Origin: a virus
Taxonomy: Duplodnaviria > Caudoviricetes
DNA: 36,225 nucleotides
Reading direction: 5' to 3' (one strand)
IMG/VR virus record: IMGVR_UViG_3300039208_000393
Location: 1 to 36,225 of that record
The position numbers and the translations under genes are program-made. This document shows, piece by piece, positions 9,597 through 18,873 of this stretch (within the stretch, counting starts at the first letter, position 1; each line of letters starts with the position of its first letter). The notes under the pieces were generated by a model. The model searched no databases, was not told the DNA's origin, and was given only the letters and a program-made list of their open reading frames with translations.

Positions 9597-10038
9597 TTCG
9601 AGATATCCTCAAGTTTATGCGTGATCGAGTTACGCCCGTAAATTCCTGATCCTCCTCAGTCACCTCCGGGTCGATGAAATTGAAGTCGTATTGCAACTCA
9701 TACCAGTGCGGCCGGTTGATTTGCAGTTTCGACAAATGGTATGTGCTTTTCTCGGTTAGCTCTGATATAGTGAATCGGTCATCGTGCTCCGTCTTGCTAT
9801 ATCCGAATAGATTGAACACATAGATACGGCTCAGATTTCCCGTCGGATCGTCCTCGGTGTTTTCCGTGTTGGACGGGATGATCAGGACCATATCCTGAAA
9901 GCCGGTCATTAGATGGAGTGAATCCTCGATACCGGGAGGATGATCGGCAGGGACGACGAGGACAGCCTTTCCGAGGCTCTCAGCAAGGACCCGCTGTATT
10001 TCCTCAACTAATGACTGAAAGTGATTCACAAAAGGCAT
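9583..10038 (-). CDS. Putative tail terminator/neck protein
   Basis: 151 aa alpha/beta protein just upstream of the tail tube; function inferred from synteny. Confidence 0.55.
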   Translation of the reverse strand: MPFVNHFQSLVEEIQRVLAESLGKAVLVVPADHPPGIEDSLHLMTGFQDMVLIIPSNTENTEDDPTGNLSRIYVFNLFGYSKTEHDDRFTISELTEKSTYHLSKLQINRPHWYELQYDFNFIDPEVTEEDQEFTGVTRSRINLRISRNVCQ

Positions 10039-10039
10039 T

Positions 10040-10417
10040 TTACAGGCTCCGAATTATGCTCTTGTACCATGGGCGCCGATAAGGACATTCCTTTCTCAGT
10101 AGCAGGTTATGCAAGAACAGATTTCTCGGGACGTAAAAACCGATCCAGAGCATAACCGGAAACCAAAGAATCGACGCTATGCCGCTATAAAAAAGCCCAG
10201 CTGCGGCCGGGAGAACGAGTCCAAGGCCTTGATACGTATGACGAGCATCAAAGGACGGCCACAGACCCGACTCCCATTCAAAAACGCCTCGGGGGAAGAT
10301 GTTCCATTTAACATCCCATGACAGGCCGTCGCCGGCTCGTCGCTGAGCGTCAAGTATAATCGTCTGGTTTAGGGTATCGAAAAACCCGGCAACGATTAGC
10401 ATAGTGAAAAACAGCAC
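10040..10417 (-). CDS. Membrane protein
   Basis: GTG start after GGGGG; 3-4 hydrophobic segments; SW..KW...FD.RH pattern. Confidence 0.65.
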   Translation of the reverse strand: MLFFTMLIVAGFFDTLNQTIILDAQRRAGDGLSWDVKWNIFPRGVFEWESGLWPSFDARHTYQGLGLVLPAAAGLFYSGIASILWFPVMLWIGFYVPRNLFLHNLLLRKECPYRRPWYKSIIRSL

Positions 10418-10426
10418 AATACCCCC

Positions 10427-11473
10427 TTAATACGTTAATGAAATATTTCCGGCAGGCTGGACCGCCGGAAGATCCGAAAGGGGATGACAGATAAGCCTCC
10501 ACTTATCGCCGACCTCAAACTGACCTCCGGTATCGGTTGTAAATTCGACCTCGACCCCGCGTCCGAGACTAATCCTCCGATTATGATTCCCGGACGCTCT
10601 CCGGACTGGCTCGAGCGTTTTATCGAACGTGCGTCCATCATCACGGCTTAGCTTGAATGTCGCCGCGTCAATGTCTCCGGCCGTATCGATTTCGACGAGC
10701 CAAATTTGCTTTGATGACCCCGAAAATCTGGATCCCTGCCAGTAATCACAATAGCCGTTCCCAGTGTTCGAGGATTGTTCGAATATGTTGACCCCTCCCG
10801 AGAGGCGATTATCGACCTGAGTATTCAAGGTTATGTTACCGCTTCGGATCTCCTGAATAATGCCGGGGGATCCGTCCTCGGGTCCTGTGTCCTCGTCAAA
10901 AGCCGGAGTATTGACCTCAAGCATTAATTGCCTTGCTCGCCGATCGTTATGATTGAATTGACGGAGAATCAGGGCGCAAGTCACCTTTGCGACGGCCTTG
11001 ATTATCCAGTAATCATATTTTCGGCCTGACCTGGAGAGGTCGGTATCCGGGACTTTTTGAAAGGGGGTAGCATATATCGAACGGAGCCAGCCCTCGACCA
11101 TTTCTGAGGCCTGAGCCCTCATACGTGTCGCCATGGCAAGCCAGTCCGGGCCGAAATGAATATCGACAAGCTGAGGTGATCCTGAGTTCAGGGTTTCCAC
11201 GTATAGAGCGTCCTCCGACGCCTTATAATAGAATTCACCGGCTGTGATATCGTCCTCGGTTTCGGGAGGATCCGCTGTCAAATCAACCGACGCGAGTTCC
11301 CTCCCGTTCTCGAATACCATTTCAACGTACCCGGAGTTTCTCAGGACATAGATATTCCCCGAGTGCTTACGCCAAGGGCCGTCGACTTTCTCGAGGCCTC
11401 GAACCTGACGAATATCGGCGACAACGTCCGTTAGATCCTTGTCGAGGTTGCAGTATTCGACGTTAGTCGCCAT
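10427..11473 (-). CDS. Putative head-tail adaptor with extra domains
   Basis: YCN..DL start and AQASEMVEGWLRSIYATPF...IIKAVAKVTCALI core resembling gp36/Ad1-type adaptors; 348 aa. Confidence 0.65.
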   Translation of the reverse strand: MATNVEYCNLDKDLTDVVADIRQVRGLEKVDGPWRKHSGNIYVLRNSGYVEMVFENGRELASVDLTADPPETEDDITAGEFYYKASEDALYVETLNSGSPQLVDIHFGPDWLAMATRMRAQASEMVEGWLRSIYATPFQKVPDTDLSRSGRKYDYWIIKAVAKVTCALILRQFNHNDRRARQLMLEVNTPAFDEDTGPEDGSPGIIQEIRSGNITLNTQVDNRLSGGVNIFEQSSNTGNGYCDYWQGSRFSGSSKQIWLVEIDTAGDIDAATFKLSRDDGRTFDKTLEPVRRASGNHNRRISLGRGVEVEFTTDTGGQFEVGDKWRLICHPLSDLPAVQPAGNISLTY

Positions 11474-11802
11474 TAGATATCCTCGGTATCAGGTTTTGGG
11501 TTTTTGGCCTCTTCTATCAGGCGGACGGCTTCATCATCACCGATTCTGATCGCGACCTTGACGCGGCGACTATAGAGAATCTTCATGTCCTCCTCGTCGA
11601 AAACCTCGAATACTTCATTCACCTTGAAATTATATCTCCGGCCGCCGATCTCGCAATTATGAGTCGTCAGGCCTCGAGCATAGCAAAAGCGTTCACGGGA
11701 CTTGTTTTCGTCCGCTGCCTTTTTCAATTGAGCTTGAGGCGTTTCCGCGCCCGGGGTTTCTACGGCGGGCGCTTGCGGCGCCTTTTTGTCTTTATTTGAC
11801 AT
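11473..11802 (-). CDS. Hypothetical virion-associated protein (109 aa)
   Basis: AGGAG SD; directly follows the major capsid gene. Confidence 0.7.
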   Translation of the reverse strand: MSNKDKKAPQAPAVETPGAETPQAQLKKAADENKSRERFCYARGLTTHNCEIGGRRYNFKVNEVFEVFDEEDMKILYSRRVKVAIRIGDDEAVRLIEEAKNPKPDTEDI

Positions 11803-11911
11803 TTTTTACACTCCTATTTTTTCGGTTAATGTGGAGGGGGTAGCGGGAAGGGAGATCAACCCGTACCCCCCTTACTCCACGGTCAGAACGACGGATCAGC
11901 CGGAACCCGTC

Positions 11912-12832
11912 TTAGTTTGAACCAAGGGAACTGGCAGTCGTGGCGACCCATAACGCAGCGGAATCAATGATTCCATACGTATAGATCCCATACCAGCCGA
12001 TATTAACGAATCGGCCCAATTTGTCGAACGGTCCACTCACAACGCCGTCGACGGCGACAGATACCGCTTTCCCGAGGGCATTAAAGCCATAGAAAAGGGT
12101 ATGATACGTATCAACCGTGCCGGAACCGGCGTCAGTGTTGATTGTGACCTGAGGATGAGAGATCCAGCGGAACCCGCCAAACATACCGACCTCGTTATCC
12201 CGGATTTCTTGGGAATTCTGGTATTTGTTGACGTCGAGCCAGCCTCCCGCAGCGGTCTCGGACCGCAAGTCGTGAATGACGTCGTCATGAGCGACAGCCC
12301 AGTAAGGACCACGGATCCCGGCCCGGACGAGCTTGTTCATTGCCCGACGGACGAGCAAGGCGTTCATGATATCAGTCGCGGTGACGTTTGCCTCAGCGGT
12401 TATCGATCCCGGATAAATGACGTTCGTCGACGCCTCAGCGGTCTCGATCAATAGCTTTTCCTGAGATTCCCGGGCGTGAATCGCCTCGACCTCAAAAGCA
12501 GCTAATCCCGATTGACCTCCTGACTGAACGCGGACAAGTTTCGTTTCGGTGACTGCGTCGCCGTACTCGGCCGGCGTCAGTTCGATTTCGGAATCGCTCA
12601 TCGCGGTCGACGTGACGTCCTCGTCCTCGGTCAAGGCCGTGGTCGTGGGCGTATGCTTAGCGTACTTAGTCATACTGATCGATTTCGCGTTGATCTCTTC
12701 CTTAACGTCGACGGTCGAATCGAGACCGCGATCGAGGCCCTCACGGGCTGTGATGATGAATACATCAGAATAGACCTTAATCAGACGGTCGTCTAATTGG
12801 GTCGTTCCGGTCATGTTGGTTGTAAAAGGCAT
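11912..12832 (-). CDS. Major capsid protein (N4-gp56-like family)
   Basis: LTPAEYG, YWAVAHDDVIHDL, NEVGMFGGFRWI and GPFDKLGRFVNIGWYG motifs; follows the scaffold gene. Confidence 0.9.
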   Translation of the reverse strand: MPFTTNMTGTTQLDDRLIKVYSDVFIITAREGLDRGLDSTVDVKEEINAKSISMTKYAKHTPTTTALTEDEDVTSTAMSDSEIELTPAEYGDAVTETKLVRVQSGGQSGLAAFEVEAIHARESQEKLLIETAEASTNVIYPGSITAEANVTATDIMNALLVRRAMNKLVRAGIRGPYWAVAHDDVIHDLRSETAAGGWLDVNKYQNSQEIRDNEVGMFGGFRWISHPQVTINTDAGSGTVDTYHTLFYGFNALGKAVSVAVDGVVSGPFDKLGRFVNIGWYGIYTYGIIDSAALWVATTASSLGSN

Positions 12833-12856
12833 CTTTTACACTCCTGTGTCAGATTG

Positions 12857-13483
12857 TTATCCCTGACCTTTACTCTCGAGATCCATTTGAGCCTTGAGTT
12901 CGTCCATTGCCTTTTTGAGGTCGGCCCGGCTCTCAATCTTCCGATTCAGAAAAGGAACCTCCTCGCCGCCTCCCTTGCGGGTGTCGATCGGCGGTTTTTT
13001 GTCGTTATTGAAATTGAGCGTATTCAAGAATTCTTGCTTTTTAGTCAAATCGAGACCGGCCGCAAATTGTTGATGAGCTTCCGGGAGTTCTTTGATCTTG
13101 AGATCGAGAGAGGCCTCGAGATCTTGATTTTGTTTCTCGATTTGTTCCTTGAATCCTGTCAGTTCCGCGACTTGGCTGTTCGCAGTCTCCAATTTCTCGA
13201 GGGTCTTATTGTAAAGGTCCTCAAATTTGTTTTGCTTGATCAGTTCCTCGTCCTCGGATTTCTGCAATTTCGCCTTGGCGTCGTCCCGTTGCTTATAGGC
13301 GGCTTTCGCTTCTTTCTCGAGATGCTGGTTCCGATCCATTAGCTTATCGATTTGAGCCTGTAGATCCTCCGATCCTTTGCCCGCATCGGTACTATTATTA
13401 CCGTCCCCCTCCGGGGTCGTTTTTGGATCGACGACTTGTTTGTCGTCAGTTGCTTTTACGTCCTCCGACGCTTTTCCGCTCAT
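12857..13483 (-). CDS. Capsid scaffolding protein
   Basis: Low-complexity N-terminus, long charged coiled coil, Pro/Gly tail; directly upstream of the major capsid gene. Confidence 0.8.
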   Translation of the reverse strand: MSGKASEDVKATDDKQVVDPKTTPEGDGNNSTDAGKGSEDLQAQIDKLMDRNQHLEKEAKAAYKQRDDAKAKLQKSEDEELIKQNKFEDLYNKTLEKLETANSQVAELTGFKEQIEKQNQDLEASLDLKIKELPEAHQQFAAGLDLTKKQEFLNTLNFNNDKKPPIDTRKGGGEEVPFLNRKIESRADLKKAMDELKAQMDLESKGQG

Positions 13484-13497
13484 ATTGCCCTCCGGCG

Positions 13498-13725
13498 CTA
13501 TGTGGTTTTTGGTTCCCCTTGTAGGTCAAAGAATCCGGTTGCGAATTCCATGAACTCCTCGGGACTATCAAAAATCTGTTCATAATTGGCTAACGTCTCC
13601 CATTCGACAGTGCGAACACTGAATCGGGCTTTCCATTTGCCATTAACTCGAGTCACTTGCGTGATTTCTCGATCCTGTGTGGCCTGTTGAGTTCCCTCAA
13701 CATCTTTGGCGGTCATGTTTGGCAT
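13498..13725 (-). CDS. Hypothetical protein (75 aa)
   Basis: GGGGG SD; in the head cluster. Confidence 0.65.
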   Translation of the reverse strand: MPNMTAKDVEGTQQATQDREITQVTRVNGKWKARFSVRTVEWETLANYEQIFDSPEEFMEFATGFFDLQGEPKTT

Positions 13726-13734
13726 GATGCCCCC

Positions 13735-14220
13735 TTAAATTCTTACTGTTACCGTTTGACTTTTGACAAACCGATTCCATCGCTTATCGTATTCGTCAGC
13801 AAAGATTTTGCCGAGCTTCTTTAATTCCTTTTTGGTCACGCCGCCGATTTTGTATTTCCCTCGACGCTCATGAGCGGACACGCGGACCGCCGGCTGTCCT
13901 GTCCATCCGATCGCCCCTTTACGCTTAGTTACACGGAGGACCCGGAGCGTATTCATCGTCTCGCCAGTGAGTCGAAAGTTCGGGGGGTCGACCTGTCTCG
14001 ACAGCGATTTTCCGGTAAACTGACGATACCGGGTCCCGTCCTTGCGAGTGAATCCACGGCCTTTTTGAGCGGCGTATTTCTTGTCGTAAGCCCGGAACTT
14101 GCGTCCCCGGCGATCGCGGCCCTTGTCTGTTCTGACCTTGATCATAGTGATCGCGGCCGCGTTGATCTTCGCCCATACTTTAGGATCGAGCTCGAACGCT
14201 TTTTCAATTCCCTTTGGCAT
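13735..14220 (-). CDS. Basic virion morphogenesis (neck/tail completion-like) protein
   Basis: Very basic; RTDKGRD..G.KF.AY..KY...K and PNFRLTGETM motifs. Confidence 0.65.
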   Translation of the reverse strand: MPKGIEKAFELDPKVWAKINAAAITMIKVRTDKGRDRRGRKFRAYDKKYAAQKGRGFTRKDGTRYRQFTGKSLSRQVDPPNFRLTGETMNTLRVLRVTKRKGAIGWTGQPAVRVSAHERRGKYKIGGVTKKELKKLGKIFADEYDKRWNRFVKSQTVTVRI

Positions 14221-14615
14221 TATTGGATGTTCTTTCGCTTCATTAGTTTCCGAACTTCGTTGTTCATATCACCCATATTTGCCGCAACGACCCGACGTTC
14301 TTTCAGTCGTATGAATTTCAGACGGGGGAGGCCTCCCTCCTCCTCAGGGGGTAATACCTGTATCTCATAGCTCGGGACCTTTTCACCCTGATTGAGCTCA
14401 AAGAACGCCATAGAGAATCCGAAATATTGAGCGAGGGGTCCGATCGGCTGAACGCTCCGTATTAAAACGTGTTGCTGAATCATGAAAACGACCTCAGGAC
14501 GTTCCTCGATACTCTTGATCGGTATCGCGAACCGGCCCGGCCGCTTAAAAATAGGATCCTTTGCATTGTTCCCCGTGGGGACGCCCGCGAACGGCTTCTT
14601 TTTGTTCAAACTCAT
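14220..14615 (-). CDS. Hypothetical protein (start revised to MSLNKKK)
   Basis: AAGGGAGA SD precedes the ATG at 14615, which removes the overlap with the upstream gene. Confidence 0.6.
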   Translation of the reverse strand: MSLNKKKPFAGVPTGNNAKDPIFKRPGRFAIPIKSIEERPEVVFMIQQHVLIRSVQPIGPLAQYFGFSMAFFELNQGEKVPSYEIQVLPPEEEGGLPRLKFIRLKERRVVAANMGDMNNEVRKLMKRKNIQ

Positions 14616-14626
14616 AGCTTTCTCCC

Positions 14627-15403
14627 TTATAGTTCGTTTGCATAATCGGGGAGCCAAGTATGTTGGCAATTAAAAAATGGCTTACCCCCTAATATAAAAT
14701 CGAGATCAGGATGTTCCTCGATATCCTGACGGGTCCATCCCGTTTCCTGACGAGGATCCGCGAGGGCATTCCGGCAAGCGTCCCGCGAGTTCTCGACAAG
14801 CTCGTTCGGCCAATATATGAACCGTTCGACTCCGGCCTCCTGATAAAGTCCGTCCATAACCGCACGATCAAACGCAGTCAAGGCGGTTTTGATCTCGACC
14901 GATGCCGATCGTCCTTTCGCCGCAAATTGTTCAGTGATCTCGGTCCGGATTTGGCCTTGTGGCCGATTGCTGAGCCTAACATTGAGAGCGAGCTCAAACA
15001 TGTCGTCGGCGATTTCCGTTTTGAACAATCGATCGAATTTCGTCTTTTTGACACGGAGAAACAAGTTCAGATCCGATTCGTTTTGAGCGGTCAAAGCGAA
15101 AGGGATGTCCAGAGCCTCCGAAACCTTGGCCGAGTGTTCGAGGAGCTCCTGAAATATTCCAAAGTCCGCGACCGTTCCGTCTACGTCAAAAGACGGGAGG
15201 ATCCGGTCCAGTTCATCGGCGAAACCGATCTCGATCAGGATCCTTTGAATCTCCTGAGGGTCGAATACCTCCGTCCCGACAATCTGGAGAAAGGCGTTCT
15301 CGAACTCCGTCGATGCCATGGCGAGGAGATCCTCAAGGACCCTTTGCTGAGCCTCGATAAAGAGGTCCTTATCATTTAGGGCTTTTCGGAGTTTCGTCGG
15401 CAA
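14627..15403 (-). CDS. Minor head morphogenesis protein (SPP1 gp7/MuF-like); start revised to TTG 15403
   Basis: C-terminal SRDAC...FNCQHTW motif; GAGGAG upstream of the TTG. Confidence 0.75.
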   Translation of the reverse strand: MPTKLRKALNDKDLFIEAQQRVLEDLLAMASTEFENAFLQIVGTEVFDPQEIQRILIEIGFADELDRILPSFDVDGTVADFGIFQELLEHSAKVSEALDIPFALTAQNESDLNLFLRVKKTKFDRLFKTEIADDMFELALNVRLSNRPQGQIRTEITEQFAAKGRSASVEIKTALTAFDRAVMDGLYQEAGVERFIYWPNELVENSRDACRNALADPRQETGWTRQDIEEHPDLDFILGGKPFFNCQHTWLPDYANEL

Positions 15404-15641
15404 TTTCGAAAACTCTCCTCTCTGATTCAAGAAATACAGGGGGCATCGATTCCCCGGTCTGGATCCACATCCAAACATTACCATGAAACAAAAACTTGAT
15501 CCGGTCCCATATACCCATTTTCCAGCAAGACAGGCAACTCTCCCCATCGGTCCAGACTGGGACGCCTTTCGCCTCACGAACATGAGAGGGCAATTTCAAT
15601 ACTTTGATATGCCCGTAAAAATGGACAGGTCTAAAAGGCAT
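15372..15641 (-). CDS. Conserved phage hypothetical protein (89 aa)
   Basis: PVWTDG..CLSCWK...DRIKFLFHG.VW...PPV pattern recalled from other phage proteins; TAATG coupling. Confidence 0.7.
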   Translation of the reverse strand: MPFRPVHFYGHIKVLKLPSHVREAKGVPVWTDGESCLSCWKMGIWDRIKFLFHGNVWMWIQTGESMPPVFLESERRVFEIADETPKSPK

Positions 15642-16009
15642 TACCGCGTACCTCTCTCGTATACCCTGATGATGCTCGTCCGGCCGTCATACTTCCGGGA
15701 TCCTGTCGTCCTCGTAAGCTCTGAGAGGACTCTCCAGTCCCCGAGCTTGCCGAACACGTTGTTCTCAAACTGGAATTGCATTTGAGTATTTCCCGTCCCC
15801 GTGACCGTGGCGACGTGTTCGGTCTCTACCCCGTCGGGATCAATCAAGACGATATTAGTCCCCGAGGTATCGGTCGACATGTCGGGATTTTTACACTCCA
15901 GAGTGAGGAGGACCGGCTGATTCAGATAGACAAAAATCTCCTGATCGACGTTGCTGTCCTCGAAATCCGAGAGATCAATTTCCTTTAGGTGATGTCGGTT
16001 TCTGTTCAT
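15641..16009 (-). CDS. BppU-N-like Ig-fold adaptor protein
   Basis: IVLIDPDG...MQFQF....F...GDWRV...IIRVYE pattern; all beta; 122 aa. Confidence 0.55.
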   Translation of the reverse strand: MNRNRHHLKEIDLSDFEDSNVDQEIFVYLNQPVLLTLECKNPDMSTDTSGTNIVLIDPDGVETEHVATVTGTGNTQMQFQFENNVFGKLGDWRVLSELTRTTGSRKYDGRTSIIRVYERGTR

Positions 16010-16227
16010 GAGTCAGCCTCTATCGTTGATTTGAGGGTCACAGCCTCGGTTATCGTCGATTTCAGGGTCGCGGACTGGACGATCGTTGATTTGAGGGTCA
16101 CAGCCTCGACGATTGTCGATTTGAGAGTCAATTTAACGATTCCCAAAGCGACGACGAATTCGTCCTTAGGCTGGAAAGTCGTCCGCTTTCCCGGGGTCCC
16201 TAAAACAGATAGTCGAGTCGTTGCCAT
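16006..16227 (-). CDS. Small protein with four 10-aa repeats
   Basis: TLKSTI repeated four times with period 10; ATGA coupling to the next gene. Confidence 0.7.
   Translation of the reverse strand: MATTRLSVLGTPGKRTTFQPKDEFVVALGIVKLTLKSTIVEAVTLKSTIVQSATLKSTITEAVTLKSTIEADS
16021..16140. repeat. 4 x 30 bp coding tandem repeat
   Basis: Units resembling tatcgttgatttgagggtcacagcctcggt at 16021, 16051, 16081 and 16111. Confidence 0.9.
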
Positions 16228-16281
16228 AGTTACACGTAAATAGAAGTTAATAAGTGAACTTACATGTATTTCTACATGTAT

Positions 16282-18873
16282 TTATACAATTATAAATTCG
16301 TCCGTTGCCGACGGGTTTCCATTGACCGCGACGAACGTCAGGACCTTTGTCGTCCCGTCATAGTCGGAGATTTCGGTCGCCTGATCCTTGAGGACTCCCG
16401 AGGTCCAAATCAAAACGCGGTCGTTATACTGATCGTTCCGGGTCTCGGTTAAGTCCGTGCTCATTTGAGTCGTCGAAAGAGTGCCGGCGATCGCTGCCCC
16501 CTCTACGATCGTATTAGCCGATTTAGCGAGTTTGACAGCCGCCGTCGTGCTGTTGTTAATGGCGCCGACGTTCGAGTCCATCTTTCCGCCTACAAGAGCG
16601 GATGGGAGACGTCCCTCGATAAGGTCAATTTGATTTGCCGCTTTGCCGGCGGTCGCCGCGTCGAGCTCTGAGAGCCTCGCCTCGGTCAAAGATGCACCCG
16701 GGAAGGGGGTCGAATCTGAAAGGATCGCGTCGCGCACTGCGTTAGCGTCGTGCGTCGATCGGTTCTCAATCTCTTCAATCACGGATCCAGCGACCCCCGC
16801 TCCGGCGTCCGTCAAAGCGATCTTGTCGGCTTCCGTCTTGATCAAATCAACTTGATTCGCCATTTTGCCGGATGTGGCCGCGTCAAGCTCGGACAAACGA
16901 GCCTCAGTCAACGACGCCCCGGGAAAGGGGGTACTGTCAGAAAGAATTGCATCTCGGACGGCGTTCGCGTCATGGGTTGAGCGATTTTCGATCTCCTCGA
17001 TAACGGATCCGGCAACTCCGGCCCCGGCATCAGTCAGGGCGATTTTATCGGCCTCAGTCTTGATAAGATCGATTTGATTCGCGGCCTTTCCTGAGGTTGC
17101 GGCGTCCAGCTCGGAAAGTCTCGCCTCAGTAATGGAGGCGCCCGGGAATCGGGTCGCATCACTGACGACCGAGTCTCGGATCGTGTCGGTCGGATCTGCC
17201 CCCTCAATCTCGAGAGTGTTCACGTCAATCTGAGCGGCATCAGCGACCGCCGGCGCCGCCTGAGTCCCGTCCAAGTTAAGACGGTAACGAATTTGATTTT
17301 TCTCGGCCGTTGTCCAGTCGGAACCCCCTCCGCCTCCGGGCCCGTTTTCGAGGGCTGTCGTCGTGAATTGAGTTACGCCTGACCCGTTGTTCTGAACGAT
17401 CTCGTTCGCCCATGCCGTCGCGACGCCCGGGGGAGAGGCCGGGTCATAATCGGCATTAAAGAAGTGATCGAGATGTAAGGCGACTAAGGCGTCATTGACC
17501 TCGGCCTCGATCGCGGTCTCGCCTGATGTGGTCAGGGCGTCAACGGTCACGGCTCCCGATGAGAGATCGATCTCGCCGGCGGCGGTTCCTGAGACAACCC
17601 GAACCCGTCCGTTCGCATCGGTATCGAGGGCGTAAGCTCCCCCGGTTATAGCGTCCCGGATCGAGTTGATTGCGGCCGTATCGAGCGAAACGACGTTCGT
17701 ATCACTATCGTCATTAACAACGACCTGAACGCGGTCTCCTGAGGCGATTGTGAACTGAGCTCCGGCCTCGAGGGTCAAGGTAAGGGTCCCCCCGTCCCAG
17801 TCGGAAACGATCGCCGTACCTTTTCGGGATCCGTCGACGTTGTCTGTGAAAATAGCGAAATGACCGTTCAGGACGTCGTCCTCTTGCGGACCCGCGTCCA
17901 ATATCAGCGAGGTCTGAGTCGTTGCTGTATCGACCTGAGTATTCGCCAAAACGTCGGCCGAGGTATTGTAAATTTGGTCATAGGTGAACGTCCCCGTCGC
18001 GTCGCACAATTCATAAGTGACGCTGTTGATCGTTACCGATATCGATTTCCAATGGAGACGAATCGTATCGCCCTCGGCGAATCCATCGACAGCCGGATCA
18101 AACGCCCTTTGTAAATAGATTTGACCGGCCTGTTCTGAAAGGGCTGAGTCGGTCGTCACGGCGATATAGGTTCCGGTCCCTGAGACCTTCCGGGCGATTG
18201 AAACGGTCCCCGGGGTGATCTCGGCCGTTGTGGGGAGGTCCCCGAATAGATCAGTTATTCGCCAGCCGATACGGAAAAGGCCTGTCGACGGGTCGATCTG
18301 AGTTTCCATCCGGGTAAAAATGATTGCGTGAAGATTATCACGTATCGCATTGAGAGCCGAGGTCGCGAAAACGTCATCGGTGAACGCATCGGTCGCGAAA
18401 TGTTCGGCCGCGAAAGCGTCGTCGGCGATCGCTGAGGCCGTTATCACATCAGCGGCAAAGGCGCCGACGTATGAGTCGACCCGGCCGCTCTGTAAGGCGT
18501 TGGGAGCGGTTCCGAGCCATTGAGCGACGTCAGTCTCGAGCTTGTCGGATCCCGCGTAAGAGTCATACACATTTGCCGGCACGACGAGAAAGGTCTCCCA
18601 AACCGGGAGAGCTCCGGTCTTGTGAATCTGAACCGTTAGCGGTCCGAGAGTGCCAGTATCGGCGACCGTCAGGGGGCATTGATACCAGCCGTCCGAATCG
18701 TGAGTCGTGGTCGGAGATGTTGCTGAGGTTTGGGCGAATGCGCCTCCGTTCTTGCTGATCTGTATATCAGCCTGAACAAGAGATAAGGCGGTTTCGGCCG
18801 TCTTGCCGTCGTCCTCGTCAATAAAGGGACCGATTCGGAAAGTAAAGGCGGTCGATTGCTTGAGTAGCTTCAT
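16282..18873 (-). CDS. Large acidic fibre/decoration-like virion protein with internal repeats
   Basis: 863 aa, Ala/Thr/Asp-rich; 74-aa tandem repeats; a duplicated beta module (DD.LNG...SDWDG and DQYND...SDYDG). Confidence 0.7.
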   Translation of the reverse strand: MKLLKQSTAFTFRIGPFIDEDDGKTAETALSLVQADIQISKNGGAFAQTSATSPTTTHDSDGWYQCPLTVADTGTLGPLTVQIHKTGALPVWETFLVVPANVYDSYAGSDKLETDVAQWLGTAPNALQSGRVDSYVGAFAADVITASAIADDAFAAEHFATDAFTDDVFATSALNAIRDNLHAIIFTRMETQIDPSTGLFRIGWRITDLFGDLPTTAEITPGTVSIARKVSGTGTYIAVTTDSALSEQAGQIYLQRAFDPAVDGFAEGDTIRLHWKSISVTINSVTYELCDATGTFTYDQIYNTSADVLANTQVDTATTQTSLILDAGPQEDDVLNGHFAIFTDNVDGSRKGTAIVSDWDGGTLTLTLEAGAQFTIASGDRVQVVVNDDSDTNVVSLDTAAINSIRDAITGGAYALDTDANGRVRVVSGTAAGEIDLSSGAVTVDALTTSGETAIEAEVNDALVALHLDHFFNADYDPASPPGVATAWANEIVQNNGSGVTQFTTTALENGPGGGGGSDWTTAEKNQIRYRLNLDGTQAAPAVADAAQIDVNTLEIEGADPTDTIRDSVVSDATRFPGASITEARLSELDAATSGKAANQIDLIKTEADKIALTDAGAGVAGSVIEEIENRSTHDANAVRDAILSDSTPFPGASLTEARLSELDAATSGKMANQVDLIKTEADKIALTDAGAGVAGSVIEEIENRSTHDANAVRDAILSDSTPFPGASLTEARLSELDAATAGKAANQIDLIEGRLPSALVGGKMDSNVGAINNSTTAAVKLAKSANTIVEGAAIAGTLSTTQMSTDLTETRNDQYNDRVLIWTSGVLKDQATEISDYDGTTKVLTFVAVNGNPSATDEFIIV
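16618..17184. repeat. About 2.5 copies of a 222 bp (74 aa) coding repeat
   Basis: FPGAS(I/L)TEARLSELDAAT occurs three times at 74-aa spacing. Confidence 0.92.

Noticed and set aside
16021-16140. 30-bp repeats as a mini CRISPR array
   Set aside because: The units are contiguous, in frame and vary mostly at codon level, with no unique spacers.
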